NCBI GenBank assembly: GCA_964396095.1
Contig: CAYNCK010000088.1
Location: 1 to 61,117 of the forward strand
DNA: 61,117 nt
Reading direction: 5' to 3'
DNA from: an uncultured Methanosarcinales archaeon
Lineage (GTDB): Archaea > Nanobdellota > Nanobdellia > Woesearchaeales > GW2011-AR4
Each line of letters begins with the position of its first letter. Positions within the stretch are counted from its first letter, which is position 1. The translations under genes and the position numbers were made by a program. Shown in pieces: positions 40,345 to 49,618 of the stretch. The notes under the pieces are model-generated. The model was not told the origin of the DNA and searched no databases. It saw nothing but the letters and a program-made list of their open reading frames with translations.

Positions 40345-41973
40345 ATGATTGATATGCCTGTTGATCTTTTTAGATACGAAAGATTAAGCACTAGACGAAT
40401 GCAGATTTTAAAAAAAGAAGTATTTAGCAGGCTTGATCCACAATACAAGACTCATGATCCTTGGATGTTTGATTCTTACGGAAAAGTTTCACAAATGCTT
40501 TCAGGTATTCTCTCTTTAGAATCTAGTGGTGATTGTATTTATGATACTATGGCTGGGATTGAATTATTAATCCATAGGTTATTTGGCCAATCTATGCAAA
40601 CAAAAAGAGATCCTTTTATTGATGAATCTTTAGTTGCACAATACCTTTTGAATAGAAATGCGGAGGGTATTGTTGTGCTCAAAATAGGCGAAGATAAACT
40701 TCCGGCTATTCGTGGGTTAGATGCTGCTGTAAGGGAATTTGATGAGGTTGTTAATGCCCTAAATCTTGATATAATTTTGGGATGTGGGCGAATCTATCCA
40801 GTTATATCAAATCCGCATGACAATTTTTATTTATTAGGTTTAGAGATGAGAGGCATTGTTTTGCAGAGAATAAACTCTCAACCAGAATTCAGAGAAAAAA
40901 TGAAGTTGCTTCACCGATTTCAAAATGCATTGCCATTTCGCACAGTTTATGGGGACCCATATTTGGATGTACTATCAGAATTAGTTCCAAACGGAGAGGA
41001 ATTTCGACCAGATGCAATACATGATTTTATGAAAATATTTAGAAATGAGAGCCAGTCGGTGGCTAAAGAATTAGGATTCATGCAACACTCTTTACAAAAT
41101 GCCTTTAATTTTGACGGACTGCAAATTTCATATGGAAATCCGCGAGATAACCTTAGTGATTCTGTCCCTTCCTGTGTCAATGGGCTTATAGGAATAATTA
41201 GGGAAGCATCTATAGTCTACGAAGCAGATCCGAATATTGAAATAATCGGAATAGTCCCCTACTTATGCCCTTCAGATTTAATTCCAACAGCACAAAAAAG
41301 ATTGGACCAAATTGTAAAAGCGATTACTATAAAAGTTCGCGACAGAGAAGCAAACAATGAGACAAAGCTAATCGTTGACGGTGTGATTGCGGATGATAAG
41401 TTAGAACGTATGCTCGGGGTTGATTGGCGACCTTATATGGCTATAGGAATTTTAAAATATGCTCAAGACAAGGGAATAGCAAGAGTAATTATTAATGCAG
41501 AAAATAGCGACAGTCATGAAAGTGTCAATTCATTTAAGTATTTTATTGCAACCGAAGTTTTGAATTTACAAGAAGGAACGGATTTTTCCTACAAAATTGA
41601 GAGGAGGACTGGCAATCCTATTTTTAAATTAGGTAGTATTCATATAAGAAATCAAATTGATAATTTTCCCTATACCCACCTTTTAGATAAAGATCCAATG
41701 CCAGAAGCTGAAGTAAAAAGATTAGCAAGGAGTGGATTATATCAAGGCGAAGCTTATCTTGACGCTTGGCATGAATGGATAGTATATGTAATCCGTCACA
41801 GGGATAAACTGGGTCTAGAATTTAAGACAAGATTCCCTTATGTAGAACAAAGAAATCCTACCATGAATCCGGTATGGAATCTGGGGCGCGGTCCCGTAGT
41901 TGGAATGGAATTGGATGTACCATCAGTATTGCCAAGATTACAAAGAAGATATTTACCTAATGTGGCGGAATAA
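40345..41973 (+). CDS. Hypothetical protein (542 aa), C-terminal half weakly LOG/SLOG-like
   Basis: QISYG...GLIGIIREA...IEIIGIVP resembles LOG LVYGG..GLMG.VA..VIGV.P; weak. Confidence 0.55.
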   Translation: MIDMPVDLFRYERLSTRRMQILKKEVFSRLDPQYKTHDPWMFDSYGKVSQMLSGILSLESSGDCIYDTMAGIELLIHRLFGQSMQTKRDPFIDESLVAQYLLNRNAEGIVVLKIGEDKLPAIRGLDAAVREFDEVVNALNLDIILGCGRIYPVISNPHDNFYLLGLEMRGIVLQRINSQPEFREKMKLLHRFQNALPFRTVYGDPYLDVLSELVPNGEEFRPDAIHDFMKIFRNESQSVAKELGFMQHSLQNAFNFDGLQISYGNPRDNLSDSVPSCVNGLIGIIREASIVYEADPNIEIIGIVPYLCPSDLIPTAQKRLDQIVKAITIKVRDREANNETKLIVDGVIADDKLERMLGVDWRPYMAIGILKYAQDKGIARVIINAENSDSHESVNSFKYFIATEVLNLQEGTDFSYKIERRTGNPIFKLGSIHIRNQIDNFPYTHLLDKDPMPEAEVKRLARSGLYQGEAYLDAWHEWIVYVIRHRDKLGLEFKTRFPYVEQRNPTMNPVWNLGRGPVVGMELDVPSVLPRLQRRYLPNVAE

Positions 41974-42217
41974 ATCTTTTACATAATATTTATAATTAAA
42001 GATTAATTCTAAATAATTATGCATGTACTGGTTTTTAGATCTTCCTAGCTTTTATTTTTTCAAACCCTTCAAACAATTTCTTAACATTTCCTTTTCCAAG
42101 CGCCAATATATAAGTTGCAAGCTTCTGACTCCTTTCCTTGTTCAAAATAAAACTTATAATGACTATTTAGTAGTTACTTTAGAAAGATTTATAAATAAAA
42201 TCCCATTAATCAAAATT

Positions 42218-42568
42218 ATGCCTACAGATGCAAATTTAAATTATCCTGCATTGTCTCTTGTGATAAGTCCTTATGAATATAAATCCACTGATAAAATACA
42301 GGGAGATTTAGAAAAAGTTATGCGATTATTAAGAAGTTCAGAACAGTTATTATATGAGGAAATCTCAAAAGACAAAGTTGAATCTGATTTAGCTGTTATG
42401 GTGAATAATCTTTGGGCATTACAAAGGAATTCAAGATACAATGGCGGCTTTCTTTTAACCGATGAGGGTTTGGAATATAGAAAAACATATATGGGAAGGC
42501 ATGGAATTGACATAATTTTCATGGGTGCTGATGGAAGTGTTGTTAAAATTGGCCTCCCAGATGAATAA
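42218..42568 (+). CDS. Hypothetical protein (116 aa)
   Basis: ATG 42218 after TATA-like TTTATAAATA; upstream ORF extension is AT-rich noise. Confidence 0.5.
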   Translation: MPTDANLNYPALSLVISPYEYKSTDKIQGDLEKVMRLLRSSEQLLYEEISKDKVESDLAVMVNNLWALQRNSRYNGGFLLTDEGLEYRKTYMGRHGIDIIFMGADGSVVKIGLPDE

Positions 42569-42577
42569 TTTAGCCAA

Positions 42578-44269
42578 TCAAACCCCTTCAAACAGTTTCG
42601 CAACTTTTTCTTTTCCAAGCGCTAGTATAAAAGGCGCAAGCTTTGGCCCTCTTTCTTTATTTAGTAAAACTTTGTAAGCTGCCTTGAACAAATCATTTGG
42701 CTCAATTTTTAATTCATCCTTGGCAATCCTGTAAAATTCGTTGAACAAAGTTTTCTCATCCCATTTTTCTTTCCTTAATTTTTCAGCAAGCAGATGGAGC
42801 GCTTTCTTCTGATGCTGGTTCAGCTCAATATTTTCAGGAATCTTGTGCTGGAATATGAATTTATACTGCTCATCGGCAAATTCTTTGACCCATCTCTTTG
42901 CGAATGCAAGCCTTTCCCCAACATAAACAATTTCTTCTTTTACAGCGTCTTCAGCAAGCTGGCCGGTTTCCCTCAGGGAATTCATAATCAGTTTTTCATC
43001 ATCAAAAATCTGCACTAAGATTGAAGCCTGTGAAAGGCTGACCTGAGGTGGAATTCTTTTAGGGATTTTTCCGACATGGCTTAATTCATAAATTCTTCTT
43101 TGCCTTGAATTTTCTTTTTCTCCAAGGTCATCTTTTCCAAAATAAACCCTTTCAGCCTGGTCGTATCTTTCATAAAGCAAAATCAAATCATTTGTGTAAG
43201 GGTCAAAATCAATTGCGGCATTTGGCCTTGTCCTTATGAGCATGAACCTCAGCATCTTTGCAGGCGCATAATTTACAGAATCTGCAAATCCAAGCCCCTG
43301 TCCTTTGGAAGTTGACATTTTCTTGCCGCCAACATTAAAAAATTCATATCCCGGGCCTGTTTCATAGCCGTTTGAAGGATAAGGCGGTGGGTAGTCAAAA
43401 ACATCAACTGCTATTCTGCATGCTGCAGTGCGTGATCCTCCTCTTGTGAAATGGTCTTTCCCAGCTGTTTCAACTATAACGCTATTTGTCGGCCATTTTG
43501 CAGCCCATTCGACTTTCCATGGAAATTTTCCATTGCCATCATAGGGGAAAATCCATCCTTTATGGCCGCACCCTTTTGCCCATTTCACAACATCGTTTCT
43601 GCATTCAAAAAATATTTTTTCATTTTTGCCGTCCCATTCAGTCGCAAGGGTTGTGGAAATTTTTTTGCAATGCGGGCAAAGGATATTGAAAGGAAGCTTG
43701 CTTGCCGCAGCGACATCATCACCGTACAAATCCCTGTAAATTTTTTGAATTCTGTCTGCGTAATCCAATGCAATTTTTATTGTCCTGTTGAAAGAGCCTT
43801 TTTCATATTCATGGCCTGTGCTTTCAAGGTGCGCTTCAATCCCAAAATCAGGAAATAATTCCGTGCATTGCGAAAAATAATAATCCCCAAAGCTTTTGTA
43901 GCCTTTTACAGGGCTTGGAATATACCTAAAGGGAACTCCGATGTATTTTTCGTTTTCTTTTTCAGTTAATTCTTTAGAAGGCTTGTCCAATGGATCCATG
44001 TCATCGCTGCTCAGGATGAATTTTGCTTTTACTCCTTTGTCGCGAAGGGCTTTCACAATTGCATCATGTATTACCCATCCCCTGCCTGAGCCTATATGTA
44101 TTGTTCCTGAAGGGGTTTTCTCGTCCATGACAATATAGCCGTGCTTTTTGACAAGGCTTTTCAGCAGCTCATTTCCCTCAACCCTTTTGATTGCCTCATC
44201 AGCAACCTGGTCTGCCCAAAATGAATCTTCGAAACTTTTACCGATAGGGCTTTTTTTATCCATAAACAC
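42578..44269 (-). CDS. lysK: Lysyl-tRNA synthetase class I
   Basis: WAD, TPSG.IHIGS, SDDMDPL, KFPWKVEWAAKW, GKDH, KMSTSKG, RGPKLAPFI. Confidence 0.95.
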   Translation of the reverse strand: MFMDKKSPIGKSFEDSFWADQVADEAIKRVEGNELLKSLVKKHGYIVMDEKTPSGTIHIGSGRGWVIHDAIVKALRDKGVKAKFILSSDDMDPLDKPSKELTEKENEKYIGVPFRYIPSPVKGYKSFGDYYFSQCTELFPDFGIEAHLESTGHEYEKGSFNRTIKIALDYADRIQKIYRDLYGDDVAAASKLPFNILCPHCKKISTTLATEWDGKNEKIFFECRNDVVKWAKGCGHKGWIFPYDGNGKFPWKVEWAAKWPTNSVIVETAGKDHFTRGGSRTAACRIAVDVFDYPPPYPSNGYETGPGYEFFNVGGKKMSTSKGQGLGFADSVNYAPAKMLRFMLIRTRPNAAIDFDPYTNDLILLYERYDQAERVYFGKDDLGEKENSRQRRIYELSHVGKIPKRIPPQVSLSQASILVQIFDDEKLIMNSLRETGQLAEDAVKEEIVYVGERLAFAKRWVKEFADEQYKFIFQHKIPENIELNQHQKKALHLLAEKLRKEKWDEKTLFNEFYRIAKDELKIEPNDLFKAAYKVLLNKERGPKLAPFILALGKEKVAKLFEGV

Positions 44270-44314
44270 AAAAAGAGCAAAACATTATATAAAGATTGTG
44301 GAAAAGAAAAAGAA

Positions 44315-45814
44315 TTATCTCAATTCTGCTTTTGTAAACGGAAATAATATGACTTCCTTGATTGATTTTTGGTCTGTCAGAATCATTGTAAGCCTGTCAA
44401 TTCCGATTCCAAGTCCTCCTGTGGGGGGCATGCCGTATTCTAAAGCCCTTAGGAAATTTTCATCCAGCCTCAGATGCGGATTATTTTGGCCTTCTCTTCT
44501 GATTTGCTCTTCAAAAAGCTTTCTCTGTAGAATTGGATCGTTCAGTTCTGTGTAAGCATTTCCAATTTCCATTCCGGCAATGTAAGGCTCAAATCTTTCT
44601 GCGAGTCCGGGTTTTTCCCTGTGCGGCTTGCATAACGGGGTTGACTCAATTGGGTGGTCTGTGATAAATACTGGACCATCCAAATGCGGTTCGACATAAG
44701 TTCCAAATAATCCAAGAACAATTTCGCCTTTAGACATATCCCTATAATCACCAATTTTTTCTTCTGATCTGGCAGCAAGATGAGTTTTTAATTCCAGCTG
44801 GTTCATCTTCTCAACATCTGTTCCGGTATATTGTTTTACAGCATCATACATTGTTAATCTTTGCCAGGGCGTCCTCAATTCAATTTCTTTCCCTTGGTAA
44901 TTTATTTTGGTTTTTCCAGTAATAATTATGGCAATTGCGGATATCATTTCTTCTGTCAGTTCCATAACTTTATGGTAGTCGCAATTTGACATGTAAGCTT
45001 CCATCATCGTGAATTCAGGATTGTGGGTGCTGTCAATCCCTTCATTCCTGAAATTCTTGCCAATAGTATAAACTCCCTGAAATCCGCCTACAATCAGTTT
45101 TTTAAGGTAAAGTTCAGGAGAAATTGAAAGGAAATGTTCCTGGTTTAGGGAATTAACATGTGTTATAAATGGAGCCGCTGATGCACCGCCGTAAATAGGC
45201 TGAAGAGTTGGAATTTCGACTTCCATATATCCTTTGCCATCCAAAAATTTTCTCATTTGAGAAATTATTTTTGACCTTTTCATGAAAATTTCAGCAACTT
45301 CGGGGTTTGCAATCAAGTCAAGGAATCTTTGTGAATATCTTATTTCTGGATCAACTAATCCGTGGTGCTTATCGGGCAGCGGCCTTAGTGATTTTGAAAG
45401 CATCGCGAAATCGCGGACATTCATTGAAAACTCGCCTGCTCTTGTATTGAAAGTTGTTCCTTCCGCACCCATAAAATCTCCAATATCAAAAAAATCCTTA
45501 AGAAGAGAATACACATCTTCTCCTAATTGCCTTTGGTTCAAATAAAGTTGTATGGTTTGCCCCCCTTCCCGTAAATCAAGAAATGTAGTTTTTCCATGCC
45601 CCCTCCATGCAACTATCCTTCCGGCAATCTTTGCTTCCAGTCCAATTTGGCTTTTACCAATCAATTCCGGAATTCTGTCTTTAGCATCGTAAAAATGCGG
45701 ATACGGGTCTATGCCCATTCGTCTCAATTCTTCAAGTTTTCGCAGTCTTACTGGGTCAATTCCTGCGTTTGAATCCGTATTTTGCACTCTGTTCTCGAGA
45801 ACTTCGTCTGACAT
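44315..45814 (-). CDS. lysS: Lysyl-tRNA synthetase class II
   Basis: OB fold (AGRI..RGHGK..FLDL), YSQRFLDL, GGASAAPF, SPELYLK, FRNEGID.THNPEFT, GNAYTELNDP, MPPTGGLGIGIDRL. Confidence 0.96.
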   Translation of the reverse strand: MSDEVLENRVQNTDSNAGIDPVRLRKLEELRRMGIDPYPHFYDAKDRIPELIGKSQIGLEAKIAGRIVAWRGHGKTTFLDLREGGQTIQLYLNQRQLGEDVYSLLKDFFDIGDFMGAEGTTFNTRAGEFSMNVRDFAMLSKSLRPLPDKHHGLVDPEIRYSQRFLDLIANPEVAEIFMKRSKIISQMRKFLDGKGYMEVEIPTLQPIYGGASAAPFITHVNSLNQEHFLSISPELYLKKLIVGGFQGVYTIGKNFRNEGIDSTHNPEFTMMEAYMSNCDYHKVMELTEEMISAIAIIITGKTKINYQGKEIELRTPWQRLTMYDAVKQYTGTDVEKMNQLELKTHLAARSEEKIGDYRDMSKGEIVLGLFGTYVEPHLDGPVFITDHPIESTPLCKPHREKPGLAERFEPYIAGMEIGNAYTELNDPILQRKLFEEQIRREGQNNPHLRLDENFLRALEYGMPPTGGLGIGIDRLTMILTDQKSIKEVILFPFTKAELR

Positions 45815-46076
45815 TATTTTCAGTAAGATTACACCTTTTAAAAGTCTTTCCTTGTTCGGGACTATGTTAATTTGCTACTTTCAATATAACTTTAATTGTT
45901 AGGAATTTCCATAAAAGTTTAGTGTATTGGTTTTAAAAACCCATCCATTGCAAACGATGGGGAATTCCTAACATTAAATATACCCATCCCCTTTGGGCGG
46001 TTGGGATTTTTATTTCAATTTATACAAAAAAATTTTAATAAACTTTAAAAGCGGCGATACGTTCCCAGTATATACC

Positions 46077-47078
46077 ATGGATGAGCCTAAAATAAAGTTG
46101 GCTTACTTTACGTCGTTCAGGGAAATAATTGGCGACGAGCAGGTAAGCAAAATTGTTATTGACCCTGAAACCACTGTAAATTATGGCTACAGGTTGGGAA
46201 ACCTAGAAGCAATGGCTCTGGACATCCAGAAAGGTGAAAGTGATTTTGCAAAAACATTTGAGCTTGTTATGATTTTTTCTGATGATAATGCGCAAGAATT
46301 TCAGGAGTCTAAAGATTCGGTTCATAAATGGCCACTAGATATTAAATCGCCTGCAAAGCAAATTATTGGGATTGAAGTACCGGTTGACACGCTTGAAGAT
46401 TTGCTTGTGAGAGTTCCTTCAGAGCCGTGGAGAATAATTAAAGATCCCAATCAAAAGGCGCTTCAGAAAGCATTGTATGAGCAGCAATTTCTCAATGTTA
46501 TAAATGAACGCCAGGTTGATTTGGTATTTTCAGATAGTTATCGCCCGCTATTCAGCCCCAGAACTGTAAATGCAAATTTTGGACACATAGTAAATATACA
46601 TCCTGCGATTCTCAATAAAGAAAGCCCGTATAGGCTTCCGGGCATTACTCCAACCAGGGATGCTTTTACCAGACTAAACTACGGATATGTTATAGTTGAT
46701 GATAAAAAAGACCGCGATATTTGGCCAAAAGGGGAGGTAATAGAAGTCGAATATCAAGGAAAAGTGAGAGTGGCAGTCAAAGTTCCTCGGCACAATAAAA
46801 CCGGAGTCACAGTTCATGTAATTAACGAAAAAGTTGACGACGGGCCTATCATAATTGATGAAGTCCGTGAAATAAATGCGGCAGACACATATGAGCAAAT
46901 CAGGGAAGGCAATTACCAGCTAAAAATGGAGTTACTGCCAAAAGCTCTTATGCATTATGTTCAGTCATTTCGACTTGGTGGTGCAGATGTCAGCGATATG
47001 ATATTAGTAAGGAGAGAATCATTGCTCAGAAATGGACCGACACAAACACGTTACGGGCTTGCTCAAGGACCTAATTGA
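46077..47078 (+). CDS. Divergent 10-formyl-THF-dependent formyltransferase (PurN-like)
   Basis: IVNIHPAIL..LPG, TGVTVH.INEKVDDGPII retain Asn/His/Asp catalytic residues; start taken as ATG 46077. Confidence 0.7.
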   Translation: MDEPKIKLAYFTSFREIIGDEQVSKIVIDPETTVNYGYRLGNLEAMALDIQKGESDFAKTFELVMIFSDDNAQEFQESKDSVHKWPLDIKSPAKQIIGIEVPVDTLEDLLVRVPSEPWRIIKDPNQKALQKALYEQQFLNVINERQVDLVFSDSYRPLFSPRTVNANFGHIVNIHPAILNKESPYRLPGITPTRDAFTRLNYGYVIVDDKKDRDIWPKGEVIEVEYQGKVRVAVKVPRHNKTGVTVHVINEKVDDGPIIIDEVREINAADTYEQIREGNYQLKMELLPKALMHYVQSFRLGGADVSDMILVRRESLLRNGPTQTRYGLAQGPN

Positions 47079-48174
47079 AATTCCTTCTGTCTTTCCGAAT
47101 GAGGAAAACATCAGTAAATACTGCGCTGATTTCCTGAAAAATTCCGAATTTAAAGTTGAGCTTGTTGAAATAGGAAAAAACAGGCACAATGTTGTTGCCA
47201 CAAAAGGCAGTCAAAGAAAATCAATTCTTCTTTTTGGCCATCTTGATACCGTTCCTCCATATAATTATTCTAAAAATCCTTATCAAATGGAAACAAACGG
47301 CGATAAAATAACTGGTTTGGGCTCTTGGGACATGAAGTCTGGGCTTGCAATAATTCTTTCCTGCGCGTCAAAAATTCGTCCAAAAAATGTTGGTGTAAAA
47401 ATTGTTTTTAGCGCCGATGAGGAAAATAATTCCCTTGGAAGCCATGTAACCTACACAAGTGATTTTTTGAAAAATGTTTTATTGGCAGTTACCCCGGAAA
47501 TTATTGACAATGCGGATGAATCAAAAAATAAAAATGTAATTCTTCTCGGCAGAAGAGGGAGAATAGTATTTCGGTTAGAAGTAAAAGGGATTGCAGGGCA
47601 CGGTGCATCTTTAAAGGGAGTAAGTGCAATCTCAGTTGCTTCGGAAATTGTGCAATATCTTGAGCAATTAAAATTCAAAAATCACGATTTCCTTGGCAAT
47701 ACGACACTTTTTGTAAGGAAAATTGAAGGAACATCAACATCGCTTTCATTGCCTGAAAAATGCGAAATATTATTGGACATCCATTATGTTCCGCCTTATA
47801 ATGAAAATTCACTTCTTGCGGAAATTGAAAGTGCATTAATACAACAATTTTCAATTTATACTGCCAAAGGCGTAAAAATATCACTGGAAATTCAAAAAAG
47901 AAACACCCCTTACCTAAAGCCGTACATAACTGACAAAAATAATCTTTACGTGAAAAAATTCATAAGCCTTTTGTCAAATAAAATCAAAAGCCTTAGAATT
48001 TCAGCGGGCCAAACCGTAGCAGATGAAAATATTGTTGGCAGTTTTGGCGTTCCTGTTGTAACTATGGGGCCAATTGGAGGCGAAGCCCATAGCTTAAATG
48101 AATGGGTTTCAAAAAAAAGCATCATAGAAATTGAAAAAATATATGTTGATGCTGTTCAGGAAATGGTAAAATGA
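47032..48174 (+). CDS. M20 metallo-amidohydrolase (DapE/ArgE-like)
   Basis: GHLDTVP, GLGSWDMKSG, ADEE, GRRG, VKGIAGHG, GEAHSLNEWV. Confidence 0.85.
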   Translation: MDRHKHVTGLLKDLIEIPSVFPNEENISKYCADFLKNSEFKVELVEIGKNRHNVVATKGSQRKSILLFGHLDTVPPYNYSKNPYQMETNGDKITGLGSWDMKSGLAIILSCASKIRPKNVGVKIVFSADEENNSLGSHVTYTSDFLKNVLLAVTPEIIDNADESKNKNVILLGRRGRIVFRLEVKGIAGHGASLKGVSAISVASEIVQYLEQLKFKNHDFLGNTTLFVRKIEGTSTSLSLPEKCEILLDIHYVPPYNENSLLAEIESALIQQFSIYTAKGVKISLEIQKRNTPYLKPYITDKNNLYVKKFISLLSNKIKSLRISAGQTVADENIVGSFGVPVVTMGPIGGEAHSLNEWVSKKSIIEIEKIYVDAVQEMVK

Positions 48175-48251
48175 AGTCAATAAAATAGATAGATATTTAA
48201 ATGTTATTTGGATTCCATGAGTAATATAAATCAAATAAATCTAAGTGCAAA

Positions 48252-49616
48252 ATGCCAGAATCATATTTAAAACCAGGATTGGTTGTCCTCGGAATTGGAA
48301 CTGTTGGTGGATCAGTATTGTACCAGCTTATCCACGACAATAAACTTTCTAGTTTTGAAAGCGTTGATGTCGGAGACTCAAGACATATACTCCATGGGTT
48401 AACTACCGAGAGGGATTTAAATTCTATTCTTGAAGCAAAGGCATGTCATCAGCATCTTGATACAATTGATTCTTTAAGAGGGCGCCTGGACAGCATAAAA
48501 AATCTTCCTAAATATTTTAAACGAAATGGCATTGTAATCAATGCGTTGCCGACTTATTTTCCGAATCCCGGTGATTTGCAAGAGCAGGAGCATGACAGCA
48601 TTGTATATGTTAAGCAGGCTCTATTGGGCGGAGCACATGTCATTAATGCAACCAAATCACAATTTGGAGACCAAGAAAAGCACGATGGCATTATGGATGC
48701 CGCATTTTTAGGAGGGGCTCGCCATTACCCGACTGGAGCATTTATGGGCCCTGCTAAAGTTGCGGAATTGCTGCAAGAGATTATCGGCAGTGGTTCAAAA
48801 ATTAAAAGTGCGGTTGGTGTTGTAAACGGAACTACAAATTTCATGCTAACTGAAATGATATATAATGGCCTGGATTATAATTCTGCTTTGGATATGGCCC
48901 GTTCATTGGGACTTGCCGACGGTGATGGTAAAGCCGATACACATGGCCATGACCCCCTCAGCAAGATTAGGGTTCCTGCAATTCTTTCTAGAAACTATGT
49001 TTCAAGTCCTCAAGAATTATATGGATTAAATGACGAAAGTAAAAGCGGATTAACTCATCCACATTTCGAATTGTTACAAGGAGAAAAAATATTAGGTATT
49101 GAAGGAGTCACAAATAGCCTTTTAGAAGCATTAGGGAAAATGTCCAAGACACTAAAACTAGTTGGCTCGTATAATGGTCAAACAGGCCATGTTGAGGTTG
49201 GGCCAAGAGTATTGTCTCTTGATCATCCTCTCGCTAATTTGAAAGGTACTGAAAATATGGCAATTTTTAATTTGGAGGGAAGAATAGATATGTTGGGTAT
49301 ATTGATGTCAGTTTTTCCAGAACCCACAATTGAAAAATTGAACGGAGATGGCATAGAAAGATACAGGATTGAAAATGGTTTTCATATGCCAGGAAATAAT
49401 TCACACTCAAAAAGAGATAGATATACAATTCATCTTAGCTACGACCCAAAAGAAAACGTGTTTACTGTAAGGGCACCGGGAGCTGGAAATGGCCACACAG
49501 CACACGCATTATTGGAAACTGCCGAGGGAATCGGAAGGAATGAATATGCAATAATTCGTCAAGCACGACAAGCTGCAAAAGAATCACGAAAAAATCCTCA
49601 AGACGCTATGCCGTAA
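48252..49616 (+). CDS. Divergent homoserine dehydrogenase-like protein
   Basis: LGIGTVGG Rossmann motif, GVVNGTTNFMLTEM, A..LGLAD...ADTHGHDPLSK, GAG. Confidence 0.7.
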   Translation: MPESYLKPGLVVLGIGTVGGSVLYQLIHDNKLSSFESVDVGDSRHILHGLTTERDLNSILEAKACHQHLDTIDSLRGRLDSIKNLPKYFKRNGIVINALPTYFPNPGDLQEQEHDSIVYVKQALLGGAHVINATKSQFGDQEKHDGIMDAAFLGGARHYPTGAFMGPAKVAELLQEIIGSGSKIKSAVGVVNGTTNFMLTEMIYNGLDYNSALDMARSLGLADGDGKADTHGHDPLSKIRVPAILSRNYVSSPQELYGLNDESKSGLTHPHFELLQGEKILGIEGVTNSLLEALGKMSKTLKLVGSYNGQTGHVEVGPRVLSLDHPLANLKGTENMAIFNLEGRIDMLGILMSVFPEPTIEKLNGDGIERYRIENGFHMPGNNSHSKRDRYTIHLSYDPKENVFTVRAPGAGNGHTAHALLETAEGIGRNEYAIIRQARQAAKESRKNPQDAMP

Positions 49617-49618
49617 TT

